From contig NC_092671.1 in assembly GCF_964355755.1 (NCBI RefSeq), positions 5,952,001-6,016,000 of the forward strand: DNA of 64,000 bases, written 5' to 3'. Source of the DNA: Antedon mediterranea. Its lineage: Eukaryota; Animalia; Echinodermata. This document shows, one piece after another, positions 48,298 through 61,829 of this stretch. The notes beneath the pieces are model-generated. The model was not told where the DNA came from. It saw only the letters and a list, made by a program, of their open reading frames with translations, and ran no database searches. Made by a program: the position numbers and the translations under genes. The first letter of the stretch is position 1; the number at the start of each line of letters is the position of its first letter.

Positions 48298-48800
48298 TAG
48301 GATAGGTTTTAGTATATAATATAAAATATTTCTTTTTTAAATAAACGTAGCAAAAACTATATTGCTAAACAAAAATTTAAAATTAAATTTTTCCCTGAAT
48401 ATGTCGTAAAGTCTCTATCTTGACTAATATGCTGGTGGTGGTTATAACTGTCATAGTGATTGATTGATATGACAGCAACTGTCATATATGTCAATCTATA
48501 ATAGTAGGCTTTACAGTCAACTTTGAATTTGATAACTGAGTAACCATAACAGTTGACAATGCAACCACACTACAGGGACTGTTCTATGAATTTCCAAATT
48601 TGTTTGGGTAAAACTGATTAGGTTTGGACACTGTTCACCTTTTTAAGCTGAAAAATAATAATAATAATAATAATGTCAACTACGGTAAGATCTTGACCAT
48701 TTGACCACATGTGTGTACAAACCAGAGAATAATTATGAAGGTGTTTTTGTATCTTTTTAGGTTGAGTAGCTTTTGTTTGAAGACTTGTTTATTATTCCCC

Positions 48801-48855
48801 ATGTGTGATTCCAGTACCAACGGAATGACGTCTCCAGTACAATCGCCATATCCAG
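48801..48855 (+). CDS. Putative alternative first coding exon (MCDSSTNGMTSPVQSPYP); exon spans 48761..48855
   Basis: Strong polypyrimidine acceptor tttttgtatctttttag at 48760, ATG at 48801, CAG|gtaggc donor (phase 1). Confidence 0.5.
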
Positions 48856-49034
48856 GTAGGCGTTTGTCAAGTTGTTTTTTTATTTTATAACCGTGCAGTC
48901 ATTGTATTGGCAACAGTGAATCTATAATAATAAAATTATTATTCAGGGCTCCTGAATATCAATATGAATATTAATTTGTCCAGCTGGAAGGGTAACGCTC
49001 TATAAATAAAGTTGAAGTAAAAAAAAAAAAAATA

Positions 49035-49240
49035 TTCATTTTTATATAACGCTTATTGCATAATGCTCCTAAGTGCTTCACACTATTGTCCCGGCCATTT
49101 TTTTGGATCAAACCTGTATGGTATATATACTACCATACTACAGCGAGTAATCAGCTCAACGTTGTGTTTTGATCTATACCAGGTACCCATTATACACATG
49201 GGTGGAGAGAGGCAAACGTAAGTAAAGTATCATCTAAAGA
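49035..49240 (-). mobile_element. SINE fragment with an L2-like tail
   Basis: Minus TGCCTCTCTCCACCCATGTGTATAATGGGTACCTGG central motif and AAGCGTTATATAAA tail. Confidence 0.6.
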
Positions 49241-52200
49241 TGCCCTGCAACTCTTGTAACAATATTAATATTATATTACAAGATGAGGCAAGTGAACATG
49301 CGTTATATGGTGCTCATCAGCACCTCAATTCTGTGTACTGGATTTTGGTGAACTTTGAACTTTCAGCATCAGATTTTAATTGCATCAGCATCTTTTATCT
49401 GAATTGGAAAGTTATTATCTTATGAAAAATTAAAAGCGTTTGGTTGAGCAAACGGTTAATTATTTAAATGTCATGAATTTACGTGGATATTATTAATTAT
49501 GCTACTACATGATATTGAAACATGACAAACTAAATTTTAAATATTGAAGAAAGAACCAGTGGAACGTTGGTGTCATAATTGATTGGATCCTGGACACTAC
49601 TTTTTCTTAGATAATCAACATGATTTTCTGTTATGGTCTCTTCTATGAGCCTGATTACATTAATTTTATATGTCATTTAAAATCAAAAGATTAAGTTTGT
49701 TAATATTTTTTCATATATTTGTTTATAAATATGGTGAATATTTCATCTGGTTATAAGTAGTTGTTCCCGATTAATAAATGGAAACCAAGAACTAGAAATA
49801 AAACAGACAAATACAATTTTAGTTGCAGAGTAATATGTAAATAATCAAACTTCCTGAAAAAGTAATGCTGCCCTCTGTTTCCCTAGTAAAACGATGAAAG
49901 AAGTTGGTGGCAGCATTCATTTGATTGAAATCCACATTCAACTTATTTTACCATAATACACAGTGGTCACATAGAGTGTTTATTAATAAATATGTTATAT
50001 TCACAGAGTTGAAGCTTAGGTCAAGGCTGGCATTGCAGCCAATGCCAGACCAGTGTGATGGCTAGTACGCAACACTACTGCAATGTTACAGCTGAATTCA
50101 TTATCACCGATCCGTTCACATTAATCATACAGAGTATGTCTGCATGATGGCGCAGTCCCTAATCCGCACATTTCTTTAATGTTACACCTCGTTTGTGTCT
50201 AAGGTTGAATAAATAATAAGGCTTGTCGTTCTATAGTAATCCTAAGCTTACGTGCTAGTATGCTAAATTTATCTTCATAGATTTAATTTTAATAAATTTA
50301 CATATTATCTAATTCTGTAATAGCATAATTTGAAAACTATTTTTGATATTTCAGAATCATAAATTACTGTATTAATTAATTATACATCAAATTACTGGTA
50401 GTCCTTTACATAATAATGGTACTTAAATTATACATCAACAAATTAAACAATTTATCACATTCAATTTAATAATTTAAGAAGATAGACATAGTTTCTTTCA
50501 ACATAACAAAATTATATTCAGTTATACATCAGATGACTGGTAGTTAGTTCTTTATAAGAATGGGACTCAAATAAAACAATTAATAAATCAAAAATGTTTA
50601 TTCATTTATGCAATAACAATAAAACCACACAAAGAAATTCTATTTTAATTTTACATTATAATATATTTCTAATACAAAGTGGTTTCAATTGTCATTTTGA
50701 CCCAGTTTGATTTAACTTTGTACGAAGAATGCATTTTGCTAAGATTAGGAACAAAGATAACCTTTTCTGTGTTATTAGACATGATGTTTAACAATTGAAT
50801 CATATTTTAAAATTAATATCCTTTATAATAATAGCTTATTATACAACATACAACTTTTTTTCGCTAGTCACATTTTCTCTCGTAAATCCTTTTAGTCATG
50901 GCACGTTGTTTGCCTTTTCATTGTACGATGATATATATTCTATGGACGTTTATTCTGAGGAACGACAGTTACGAGCATATTGCCTTCATTTTATTATCGC
51001 TGTCCAGCCCAAGTTCGTTCAGCGGTTAATCCCGAGATTACGGACGGCAAGTGTGTGAAGGCCAGTCCAGCTGCTGTTGTGTTTTTGGTTTCCATTATAT
51101 AGATTTACTTGATTATTGGGACTTTCTCTGGACCATACATTAGATCAGTTGATAGTTTAGCCAGTTCAAAACATCCCGTTACTAGGCCAAGTGGGAAAAA
51201 CTACTAGTTTATCACTTTAAACGGACAATTATTTATATAGTTTATTTTCAGCAGAAAACGAACATTTATTTGATGTTTTATGATGTTAAAAGTTGATTTA
51301 ATATGGCACGCTGTAGAGATATTAACATGACATGATTAACTATATTACATATTTTGTATTTTCATAAAGGTGCAAAGTTATTGTACATGCCATATTTTAA
51401 TAATATATTGTAAGCGTTTAAATTCAAAACATACATTATTTTTATCTCTGAACATTTTTTATCAATGCTTTATAAGTACAGGTGTGTCATGTTTAGACAA
51501 CAGCCGACAATTTCCTGTCAATTTTATTCCTTCTTTTTTCATTTATTGACCTTGAGGCTGTTTTCCTCAGCCTAATCGGCTTACAAATTATGTTCAATTT
51601 TAAAATGATACCCTACTGTAACCTCTCCCGCCTTGTACATTCATAATCATATTTGTGATTGTGTTCAATACCAAATAAAAAGTTAACCCTAAATTTATTG
51701 TTTTGTTTTTTATAATTTTATACTTTTGTGATATTAAAATGTTTTCAATAATCACTTAGTTGCTTTATACCTGGAGTGAAAATTAAATGTTAAAAAAAAT
51801 TATTTGTAAATTACATATTCCTAATAATAGTGTCCTAAAAAAAAAAATTAGGGAAAAGTATTAAGTGGGATAAGAAACAAATATTTCTTGTCGATTGGCC
51901 TTGAGCTGGAAAACACACACTCTCTCAGGACTATATTGCCTAATCCACCTAGGAATGTTGGCAGCGAAATGCAGGTCTAGGCCGGGATTAAGGTCTTGGA
52001 TTTATGGGCAAAATTGCGGAGTGGGTCATTCATTGAGAAATCCTCGCACGGAATTAGCTCATACGTACAAGCTTTTGATATCTTGTGTAATAACGCGAAA
52101 CGAAATTACCTATTTAACTATAATTGTAATTTATAATATGCCCAGAATATTCTTCTTAAATTAGCTATATATTTTTTTCAATCACACATGGATTAGGATT

Positions 52201-52410
52201 TTATCTAGAGTTAAATTCGCTACATTTTCTTATTCGTGTTTATTAATAATAAAATGCTAGAGATTTTAGAAAAAAATTAGTTTTTTCAACTTCAAATATA
52301 TTTTATTTACTGAATGAAAATACTGTTTAAATGTAAAATTATTCCACTTTCCTCTGCGTTGAACATTCTTTCATATTTTTTCATGTATAAACCTACATAT
52401 TATTGACTAA

Positions 52411-52539
52411 AGCTCTGTCTACACTATAAAAAAAAATGTGTGCTGTGCCCAAATATTGTAGTGATATGACATCATCATGTCCATATATGGGCACATCACA
52501 TTTTGTTGTCACATAAAGTTTGATAGTGTAGACAGAGCT
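52411..52539. mobile_element. MITE family A complete copy
   Basis: Both TIRs present. Confidence 0.85.
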
Positions 52540-54338
52540 TTAGTACTACCGGTATAGTTATATTAATACCACTGTTTGGTATATTCCCTTTAATTGTGTG
52601 TTCACACAGAGTGCAAAATTCATACCGAGTTGCAACAAGATTTTTGATGCGATTACAAGGAATATTCAATAACTGTACAATTAATTTAATTTGATCTTTT
52701 TATATATACCTTGAATTTTTCTGCTTTGAATATGAATTATATTTTTGGGAATGCTAAGAACTTCATCAATTTAAAAGGTTTAGTTTGAAATGAACTGAGA
52801 TTTTCAATAGAACCTTTCTCTTTTGAATTCTTTCACGCATAATGCCAGCTCAGTCCTTTTCAAGGCTGGTTTATATAAAGCAATGTGCAATCAGTGAAGT
52901 AGACTATGACCTGGATGGGTCCATATTTAGAGTAGATTTAGGTCCCTCAACAATTATTAGATAATAATTAACCTCCATAAAACACTTGCGGTTGGGTGGG
53001 GCAATAATAATAAGGAACACTGCTTCTAGATAGATTCTCATGGTCGAAAAATGAAGTTAAAATGATCAGGATGTTTTTGGTAAACTAATAGGACAGAATG
53101 ACTTTAAATTTGCATTTAGCCCTTCGAAAGGGACATGATAGTCTATACAAATTTCCTTTCGTTCTTGTAACATCTTCAGAAAAATACAGTGACCTAATTT
53201 TTTGGGTGTTCCGAGCCTCCTGTGGCCACGCTAGCATGACCGGATGACCTTAGGGTCACAATATAAAGGAAGTATTCAACTGATAAGAGATATTGATATA
53301 GAATATTTTACTTTCTGACCCCGTTTTTTGCCCCAGAGCTGAACCTAAGAATATTTGATTGAGTTATGTTTGGATGATTGCCTACACCTATTTCCGTTTG
53401 TAAGCCTTTTCTATGTTAATATTTTTAGCAATTTACTTGCTTTTCTAAAGCATTATAGATTGGTATCTGTGGTAAAATTGTGTTTTACTGATCATAAAAA
53501 TAATGTTAATAATAATAAATGTTAAGTTTAAAATAAATTCAAAAATTAATCTTATCTGGACTTATTTTATGAAATTTATCCTTGCTAAATTCAATATTAT
53601 CTTCTTTAAAATCAATATTTGCGGTATTCATTTTATTTTATAATAGTATTTTATTGTTAAATATTTACAATTCTATTTTAATGAAAGCTTTTCAATAGAT
53701 AACAATAATATATTTTGTTTAGCTATGTGTCCTTCAGTCATATTCACCGACAAAAAAAGAGGATTTACTCCGTCTAGTTATATAACCGAAATCTACATAT
53801 ATTAACGGTTTCATCTATAAAAAGTTACTTCACATACAGTAGTCAGGCTTATCTGTATAGAATTATACAAAAGAGGATAAAAATTAAAAAAAAGAGTAAT
53901 CGCTCTACCATTTCATTCGTTAGTGTGAGTACCCAGTGGAGAATAATCTTTACCACAATGTTTAAAATATTTTCAAGGCCAATAGAATGTGCATATTGGG
54001 TCTGTTTCTGCTGCAGAGAATAAACAGATTATTTCAAAAATGTAATTTTTATATTGACTGCATTTCTGCTCAGTTTTTGTTAAAAAATAACCGTTTAAAT
54101 CAGTGGGTGGTCGTTGTGCAATTGGTCCTGCCGGTTAATTCAAACGTTACTGCAGTGTAGTTCACTCAAAGTCAGCAGCTGTCAATCAAATAACCGTTAT
54201 TATAAAAATTGCTCAGCGATAATCGGTTAAATGCCGATCTAACACCGAATTGAATGGGTGTTTTTAACCAGTTATTTTGCGCTGCCTTTTAACCGGTTAC
54301 CACAAAATTGTCCTCTTTCTGCTTCCAAGAAAATGAAG

Positions 54339-54560
54339 TTTCATTCTAGAACTATATGATAATCATTTATGCTGTCTTTGAGAAAAACAATATGTTTAAA
54401 ATTCCATCAAATGACGTCATGATAAATAAAAACAATAAAATCGTTGTATTGTCACGATATTATTACTCTTACTAATCATGACGTCATTTGATTGGACGTG
54501 TGAAAATATATTTTTTATCAAAGGATGCATAGATGGTTATTCTATAGTTCTAGAATGAAA
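54339..54560. mobile_element. Foldback/palindromic element (~220 bp)
   Basis: Arms beginning TTTCATTCTAGAACTATA; inner inverted CAAATGACGTCATGAT. Confidence 0.7.
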
Positions 54561-54994
54561 AGTTGTTATATTTCTTTTGCTTTATGTATAAAAACTGCAT
54601 ATTTGTTTATTTATCGTTGATCGTTATCTTTCTATTGTAAATGGGTACAATATTTTGTACTTTAGCACAATGTTTTTTCCTGCTTACATTTTAGTACTTT
54701 ACTTTTAAGTTTGTGTTAGATAACGTTTTATTATTTTTGCATTATGTTTTTTGCAATTAAGTATACCGTACATAAAAAACTTACTTCTTAGCCCAGAATT
54801 GTGATGGTACTGTATGTTTTTAAACTTTTGAACTTTGTGTATAATGTTCAGTTTTAGTAGCATGTTGTCTATTTTTATAATAATAAAAACGCAATACTTT
54901 GGAAATATTATTTAGGTTTATTAATTTCAACATATGTTTGTTGACAATAATTTAAAATTGCGGTAGTGGCAATTTTGTCCCAGTTCACCATATT

Positions 54995-55089
54995 CACAAA
55001 AAATGTGATGTGCCAATATATGGTCATATCACTACCATATTTGGGCACATCACACTTTGTCAAACTAGTTTGATAGTGTAGACAGAGCT
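54995..55089. mobile_element. MITE family A partial copy
   Basis: Right TIR followed by TTA. Confidence 0.75.
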
Positions 55090-56519
55090 TTACAGTGAGA
55101 TGGTATAACGTCACGTATTCCTGCTGAAGAAGCAAAAGTTACTACAATCATATTTTGAACTGTTTATTGTTTGACATGCAGAGGCCCTTTCCATTAGACC
55201 AATGGACCTTTCATATTAATTTTGATTGGGAATTGATTCTATATATTCAAAGATCCCTCCCATTTCAGACTGCATCCGATTGAAGTACTTTTCCTCCTTG
55301 TACTATCCTGCTACTGTAGTCTCAAGTATTAGTGGTGTTTTTTATTTGGAAGCAATCCAGATCCGATGTAAATTTTTCTAATTTCATGCTGTTCTTCACA
55401 TCTAGATTTTTATCATTCATCGTCATTAGGTCCTCATCTCATGACCACCATCATTTACTGGACTCTAGCAACATACTGTCCTAAATATCACGTTTCCTAC
55501 ACTAGTGAGAAAAGTTGTCTTATTATTTCTTTCTGGTGTGATTTTGGAATTCTGGAATATTGTAAGTAATTGGATTGAATAAAAATCGCTCAGAATTGAA
55601 CAAAAATTCCACAGAATTGAACAAAAATCATTCCGATTTGAACAAGTCGAATGCCTACAGTAGCATTTAAACATTTCATTCATCAGTTGTTTTTTCTACC
55701 TGTATGTTCTGATAACATGGTTTTAAATGCCGGTACATTATGTTAAGGTCAACAAAATACCGGTCATTTAAAAGGAAATAACAAGCATTAAATCCAAGAA
55801 ACAACTTTATACTGACTTCATAATAAATATAAAACATTTACGAAGGTCATGGAAAAAAAAAATCAGCAAAGCAGCGGACAAAAGAAAGTGAACATGATCA
55901 TATGGGTAAACACCTGGTTTTCAGCCAAGTGAAGGTGCAATTCATATACGGTTTATTAATAGCGTTTTTATATCAGGTATTTTGTTATGGTAACAGTACT
56001 GTATGTCTGAATAATGTTAAGAAAGTCAAGGTCTATGATGCTCAGGGACAAGACACACTAGACCTTAAACTTAATATCCTGTGGTGTTTCCTTTTGAATA
56101 TTATTTTATGACTGATATAAAATCGTTTTTTTAAGAAGGAGTGAATATAGGATAATGGAGGTGTATATTATAATTTCGTTTTGAAGCTTTCCTTAGAATA
56201 TGGATTATCTTTATCTCTAAAGTTATACACATTTAGAATCATGTTGTAGATGTACAAAAACAATTCTATAGGGTCTGATCTACTATAAAAAAAAAAAACC
56301 TGTACAGAAACTACAATTATACTGGTCGTGAGAAAAATGAGTACTGTAGGATACAAGGGTTACGCATCAATTTTGACCTAAGTCTAATTACTAGCCAATC
56401 AATGATTCGTGCAATTGATGATTGCTCTATTATTGTAGACACTTCCGTTCAAAAAAGCGTTCGTAAGCGAAAGCTTTGCCGCTTTTTGCAAATTAATGCG
56501 AGTGACTTCACTGTAAATA

Positions 56520-56662
56520 CTATTTGAATCATAACTCCACATGTCCGAACATACCCTTAATTCTATTTGAATCATAACTTCACAGGTCTAAACATACCCT
56601 TAATACTATTTGAATCATAACTCCACAAGTCTGAACATACTCTTTTTTCCATTTGAATCATA
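56520..56662. repeat. 43-bp tandem repeat, ~3.3 units
   Basis: CTATTTGAATCATAACTCCAC...AACATAC units at 56520, 56563, 56606, 56649. Confidence 0.85.
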
Positions 56663-56980
56663 GACCTTCAACAGGAAGTTGAATTTAATATTTTGTCCTC
56701 TGGCCAATTTCGAACCTACCACCTCTAGCAATATAATATGATCTATTCGTTATCATCGAAAGGTCTTGGCAGATGTACACATAAAATGTAACATCGATAT
56801 ATTTCAATCTACGATATTGAAGATAATTAATCATTTGCGAAAAAATGAACCCATTTTTTGGCTGCAAATGTTTAAATTCAAGTTATACAATCAGAAAACT
56901 TGCTCTAATTAGTCTGAAATCTTTTGATCAGGTTTTTTTTCTATCTAGATGGACATCGAAATGGTAGATGACACTTCTAA

Positions 56981-57168
56981 ATGCCTATTTTTACACAGAC
57001 GAGCGGTAACTGTATTAAAGCGGAAAACCACGTAGCTTGTCCCACATAGAATCTGTACCTTTCCTGAGCGTAAAAACGTCCGCTGCGCGTTGCGTGTAAA
57101 TGGTCATAAAGAATAACATAGATTCTATATTTTTATTACCGTTATTGCTTGTCAATGTAAATTAGTCT
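56981..57168. mobile_element. Harbinger-type MITE family B, uninterrupted copy
   Basis: TTTACACAGACGAGCGGTAAC...GGTCATAAAGAATAACATAGATTCTATA...TGTAAATTAG. Confidence 0.65.
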
Positions 57169-58490
57169 TTAGAGTGTATGTTGTCCAACATTGTTTGCAT
57201 TGTTATTCTGCCACCCAAGAGATAGTAAGCACGAAGGAACCTCAATGATACAAGGCAGCAAATAGTACACATGCAAATTGCACTTCCTTGCATGCTAAAC
57301 GCCCTAGGGGTACAAATATGATTATAATATAGCAGGGATAGCAATTGTTAGATTACACGAAAACCACAAAGCCGCATATAAGATTGAAAACATTTTACAA
57401 ATAGTTTTGATGATGTAATAAAGCTTTTGGGTACTGAAAGTATATTTTTATTCTTTTTAGATGATGATTTTTTTTTGTTTTTTTATCTCAACCATTCTGA
57501 CAAAAATAACTTGCTTGATTTATGTATTAGGAAAATAAAGTTTTATAACTGCTCATAAAGTTTTCAAATTAATGAGCAAGAAAAAGATGCAAAGCTGATA
57601 AAAGACTTCACTGATTCAGGAACAATGTTATTCTCGCTCAATTTCAGATAATATTTTGACATCGTCTTTTGATACAACTCATATTTAAGTAGACACCTTC
57701 GAGACCAAAAAAAGTGTCCCCTGTTCTTGTAAAGGAACACCTTAATTATTATATAGGAGTGTTTTTTCGTAACAGGGTTTTCTACTTGCATTAGCTATGC
57801 TTCCAAGATTCTCCCTTCCATTCTTTTTTTTCTCATTGTATATTCCTTAATTGCACATTAGGGGGAGTGGGGTATTTTCTCTGCAGTACTATCTGTATGT
57901 GGTGTTTCCACTAGCTTATTGTATATAATTATTTAAATAAATATTATAATGAGTCCCCACTATGCGTATCTTAAAGCAATACAATATTATCCTTATGGGC
58001 CACTGGTCCCCAAAGAGGATTAACTTGGTCATTACGAAAACTGATTGATTGAGTGATTAATTGGTTGATTGATTTAATGATTGACTGATTTGATTAATTG
58101 ATAGTGTGCTATTTAGTTATTGTAGGTGTAATCCTTTACAACAATATCTATTTTTGAAATGTCAAGGTCACCTTCATTTCAGAGAAAAACAATGGCTGCA
58201 CTGCAGCTGGTTTTTCATTGTAGGAATTGAAAAAACCTTATAATTGATGACACTTATGATAAAAATTGATTTTCATTGATAACTTCGATTTTTGTTTCCT
58301 TTAAACTACAGTTATTCAAAATTTACTACTTTTTCATTAATTTGTAGTATCTAGATTAGTAGAATCCTATCAAAGGGACACATTTGGGAAATAACAATAT
58401 TCCCACAAGGATGTCCCCTGAATAGAGGTTTCCCCTGAATAGAGGTTTCCCTTGAACAGACGTTTACTCTGAATAGAGGTTTCGCCTTAA

Positions 58491-59620
58491 AATGGACCTG
58501 AAATGGACTTTCGATTTTCAAGAAATTCACACATGTTATTTAAATGTATCAAATTAACACAAACCCATACAAATAAAAACAAAATGCATAGTATTTTGAG
58601 AAAAAACGAAATTTTAAGATACCTTAATAAATTAGCGAAAATTACTCATGGCATTGCAATATTCTATTTCAACGGCCGTCGGAAGCCTCTATATTCACGA
58701 CGTCACATATACACACGACGATATCGAGAGCGTGTATGCCGCCATATAGTCTGTGAATGATCGACGGCCTGGAAAGATACGCGAAGCGTTGACACTAATA
58801 CTAATTTATTCAATATCTAATGTTGTTGAAATATAGGTCCCTAAAATTTACTTTGTTCTAAAACCCAAATTTGGAAGGCCTACCTTTCCAAACCTTTACT
58901 AGGCCTAGGCCCCCAATCCAGCGCGCGGAGTCGATCCACCACCCACCACCCACACCATACGGCGAGGCTTCGTTTCATGTGCATCCAAGGACCAAAGCGA
59001 TATCAACAACTTGCTGCGCTCATTGTCAAGTTAAAGTAAAATATGAATAAAATTCGTTTTCGAACTGCCTGATTCGTGACAAATAAATTATCATCTCATA
59101 TTACTATACTAATTTAATTCTGTTAAACTAAAAACTAAAGAAATTTTAGCAGTATAAATTACGAACGATATACAAAATACATGAACGGAAAGTATGGTTA
59201 CGCATCATTGCACACGGCGCTGTATCCCGGACAACGTTGCCAGGCTAACTTCGGTATTGCCAGAAAAAAAACGTTGATTTGAAGATTTTAAATCGTCATT
59301 TACTCGATGAATAACCGTTTATACGGTAATATTTTTATCTAAAAAAATTCTTAATACGTTTCTGCAAATGCACAAGCATTTTTTAGAAAATACTCCATAG
59401 ATTTCAAGAGTTATAGCCAAAAAACTGCAAATTGTTCATTGGAGGGATAGGAATATATTCACAAAGTGACGTCACCCGCGAATTTTTTTGATTTTCAAAT
59501 GGGGCTTCCCCAAAAGGGCCAATTTATATTTTGTAACAGTATACATTCTAGCAACATCTAATAGCCCCAAAAACATCATTCTAAAATGAAAAAAAATCGA
59601 AAATCCATTTCAGGTCCATT
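58491..59620 (+). mobile_element. Non-autonomous TTAA-specific DNA transposon (Kolobok-like), 1130 bp
   Basis: 28-bp TIR AATGGACCTGAAATGGAYTTTCGATTTT; TTAA TSD at 58487-90 and 59621-24; AA...TT termini; splits a 17-bp array. Confidence 0.88.
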
Positions 59621-59855
59621 TTAATAGAGGTTTCCCCTAAATAGAGGTTTCCCCTGAATAGAGGTTTCCCCTGAATAGAGGTTTCCCCTGAATAGAGGTT
59701 TTCCCTGAATAGAGGTTTTCCCTGAATAGAGGTTTCCCCTGAATAGAGGTTCCCCCTGAATAGAGGTTTCCCCTAAATAGAGGTTTCCCCTAAATAGAGG
59801 TTTCCCCTGAATAGAGGTTTCCCATGAATAGAGGTTTCCCCTGAATAGAGATTGC
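59621..59855. repeat. 17-bp tandem repeat (CCCCTGAATAGAGGTTT), continuation of 58410-58486
   Basis: About 13 units to the right of the insertion and about 4 to the left. Confidence 0.92.
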
Positions 59856-61829
59856 CAGTAGTGTATTAAAATATATTGTTTCTCATTCATTTAATAGGAA
59901 AGTGGTTTTTTTTTAATAGGGTGGTCCTAAAATAAGAGTTTAAGTGTACTGTACTAATTACAAGTTCATTTTATTAAGAATTGATTGATTTGAATTTTTT
60001 ATTTATGCTCAAATATTTTCAATTGAATTTTAAATTATGTTTGATTGAAATAAAAAAATATTTTATTTTTGAATTTTTAAAACTACACTTGTATATATTA
60101 TTGAGGAATAAATGAATACAATAATTAATTCCTTCATTTATATTAACTGTGAATAATCATTTAAATTACATTAGAACAGATCAATCTTTCTAAAATTATT
60201 ATTTCGATTAAACTGTTTTAAAAAAGCATGTACATGCGATTAATTTGAGCTCCTTGAGGCATAGACAGGGATTCTGTTTCAATCCTACATGCTCTACCCA
60301 ATTTCACAACTTGACCTATATAACATGACCTTTGTATCGTCGTCAGATGTGTACGGGCAGCACTTGCAGGCTGGATGGCCTTGACTCAGTTTTAGCGATT
60401 CCGCGGTACTCTACACACTGTTTCCTCCCGCCCACTTTAATTAATACCAAAGCTATCTTATTAAGCGATTCCTTTCATATGTTCATTAGTTGATAAAACT
60501 GGTTGCAGAGCTGGTTATAATTTGATTACATCTGATCATTCAAACTTGTGTTGATTATGTGTATATAGTATGCTGAATGCACAATATACATTTCATTGAT
60601 TAACCTTTCATACATGAATAAACATTCAAGCAAATGTTGACCTTGATAAAATTTTAAAAAAAACATTTAATATTAAAAACTACATAATATTAGCATTATG
60701 ATATTGTTGCTATACTGTACTGGTTGTGGCTATGGAAAATGGAAGGGGCATGTATTGGGTAAGTCAGCAGTGTCCATGGTTTGCCTCCATGCTACTGCAG
60801 TACCATACCATACTACTATCTAATTTTATACTTTCGTCCACTTATTATGACAGATCCATGTTACTAATTTTGCAAGAAATTACTACACATTTGTGAAGGA
60901 AATTTACCTTGGTGTGGATTGTTTATTATACTCGCTATGCATACAGTATGACTGATATGCTTGAGTATCACCTATTTCCTAATTTATGCTAGATATGGGC
61001 ACAAGACAACTTCTCCCTCCCATGAAACGTGTTGCCAAATTTTTGTATTCAGACCCCCACCCCCACCCCCTGGGACTATACCTGGTCGTAGTAGTAGTAG
61101 TAGTAGTTTAGTAATTTAATTAATATCTAATGAATAATATTAGATGATTATTATAATAATATATCATTTTAATGGACAAAAATAGTAATTCAACAAAAGT
61201 GAATAAAAAATAAATAAAACATAGTACGGTACCAGTAAGCATACAAAATATATCTTGAACTGTAAAAGTACATACCCATTTAATTATATAATACATAACA
61301 TGATCTGATAACCATACTTGTTACACTTATTCTGAGCAAGTATATTCTTTTAAACATGAATTTTAAACTCATTAATTTTGATATCCGCATGTTTATTTTA
61401 TTGGCAGACTTTCAAGTTTACTCCGTTTGAAAAAAATATAATTCTAATATATTCAGTTCATTTAATATATTTTGATTTATTAAAACATACTCAAGGTTTT
61501 ATATTGTTACATACTTAACCACCTTTATGGTTTAAAATAAATCATTCTGGTAAGTATATCATCTCCTAATTGAATTTAAATGATTTCCTATAATGAAAAA
61601 AAAAAATTCATTTTTTTAGAATGGTACGATCAGTTCAACTTTATTTTTCAACTTCTGTCTAATCACTTTCACTCCCTATTAATAATACATTTCGCTTCTC
61701 ATTCTTAATCCTTTTCTCTTCTCACTGGTTTTTGTCCCCATTAATAATCCCTTTTAATAATAATCCCCTTTTCCAAATTGTACTACTTTTCCCTCCTTAC
61801 TCTCTTTCTTCAGTAACTATTCCCTCTTA

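Noticed and set aside
50900-51100. Additional first exon (MDVYSEERQLRAY...) or structured ncRNA in a CpG-richer island
   Set aside because: The donor is weak or ambiguous and I recognise no family; the evidence is insufficient to call it.
56520-56662. CRISPR-like look of the 43-bp array (also the 64-bp array at 4021 and the 68-bp array at 47918)
   Set aside because: Whole units repeat with no unique spacers, there are no cas genes, and the context is eukaryotic.
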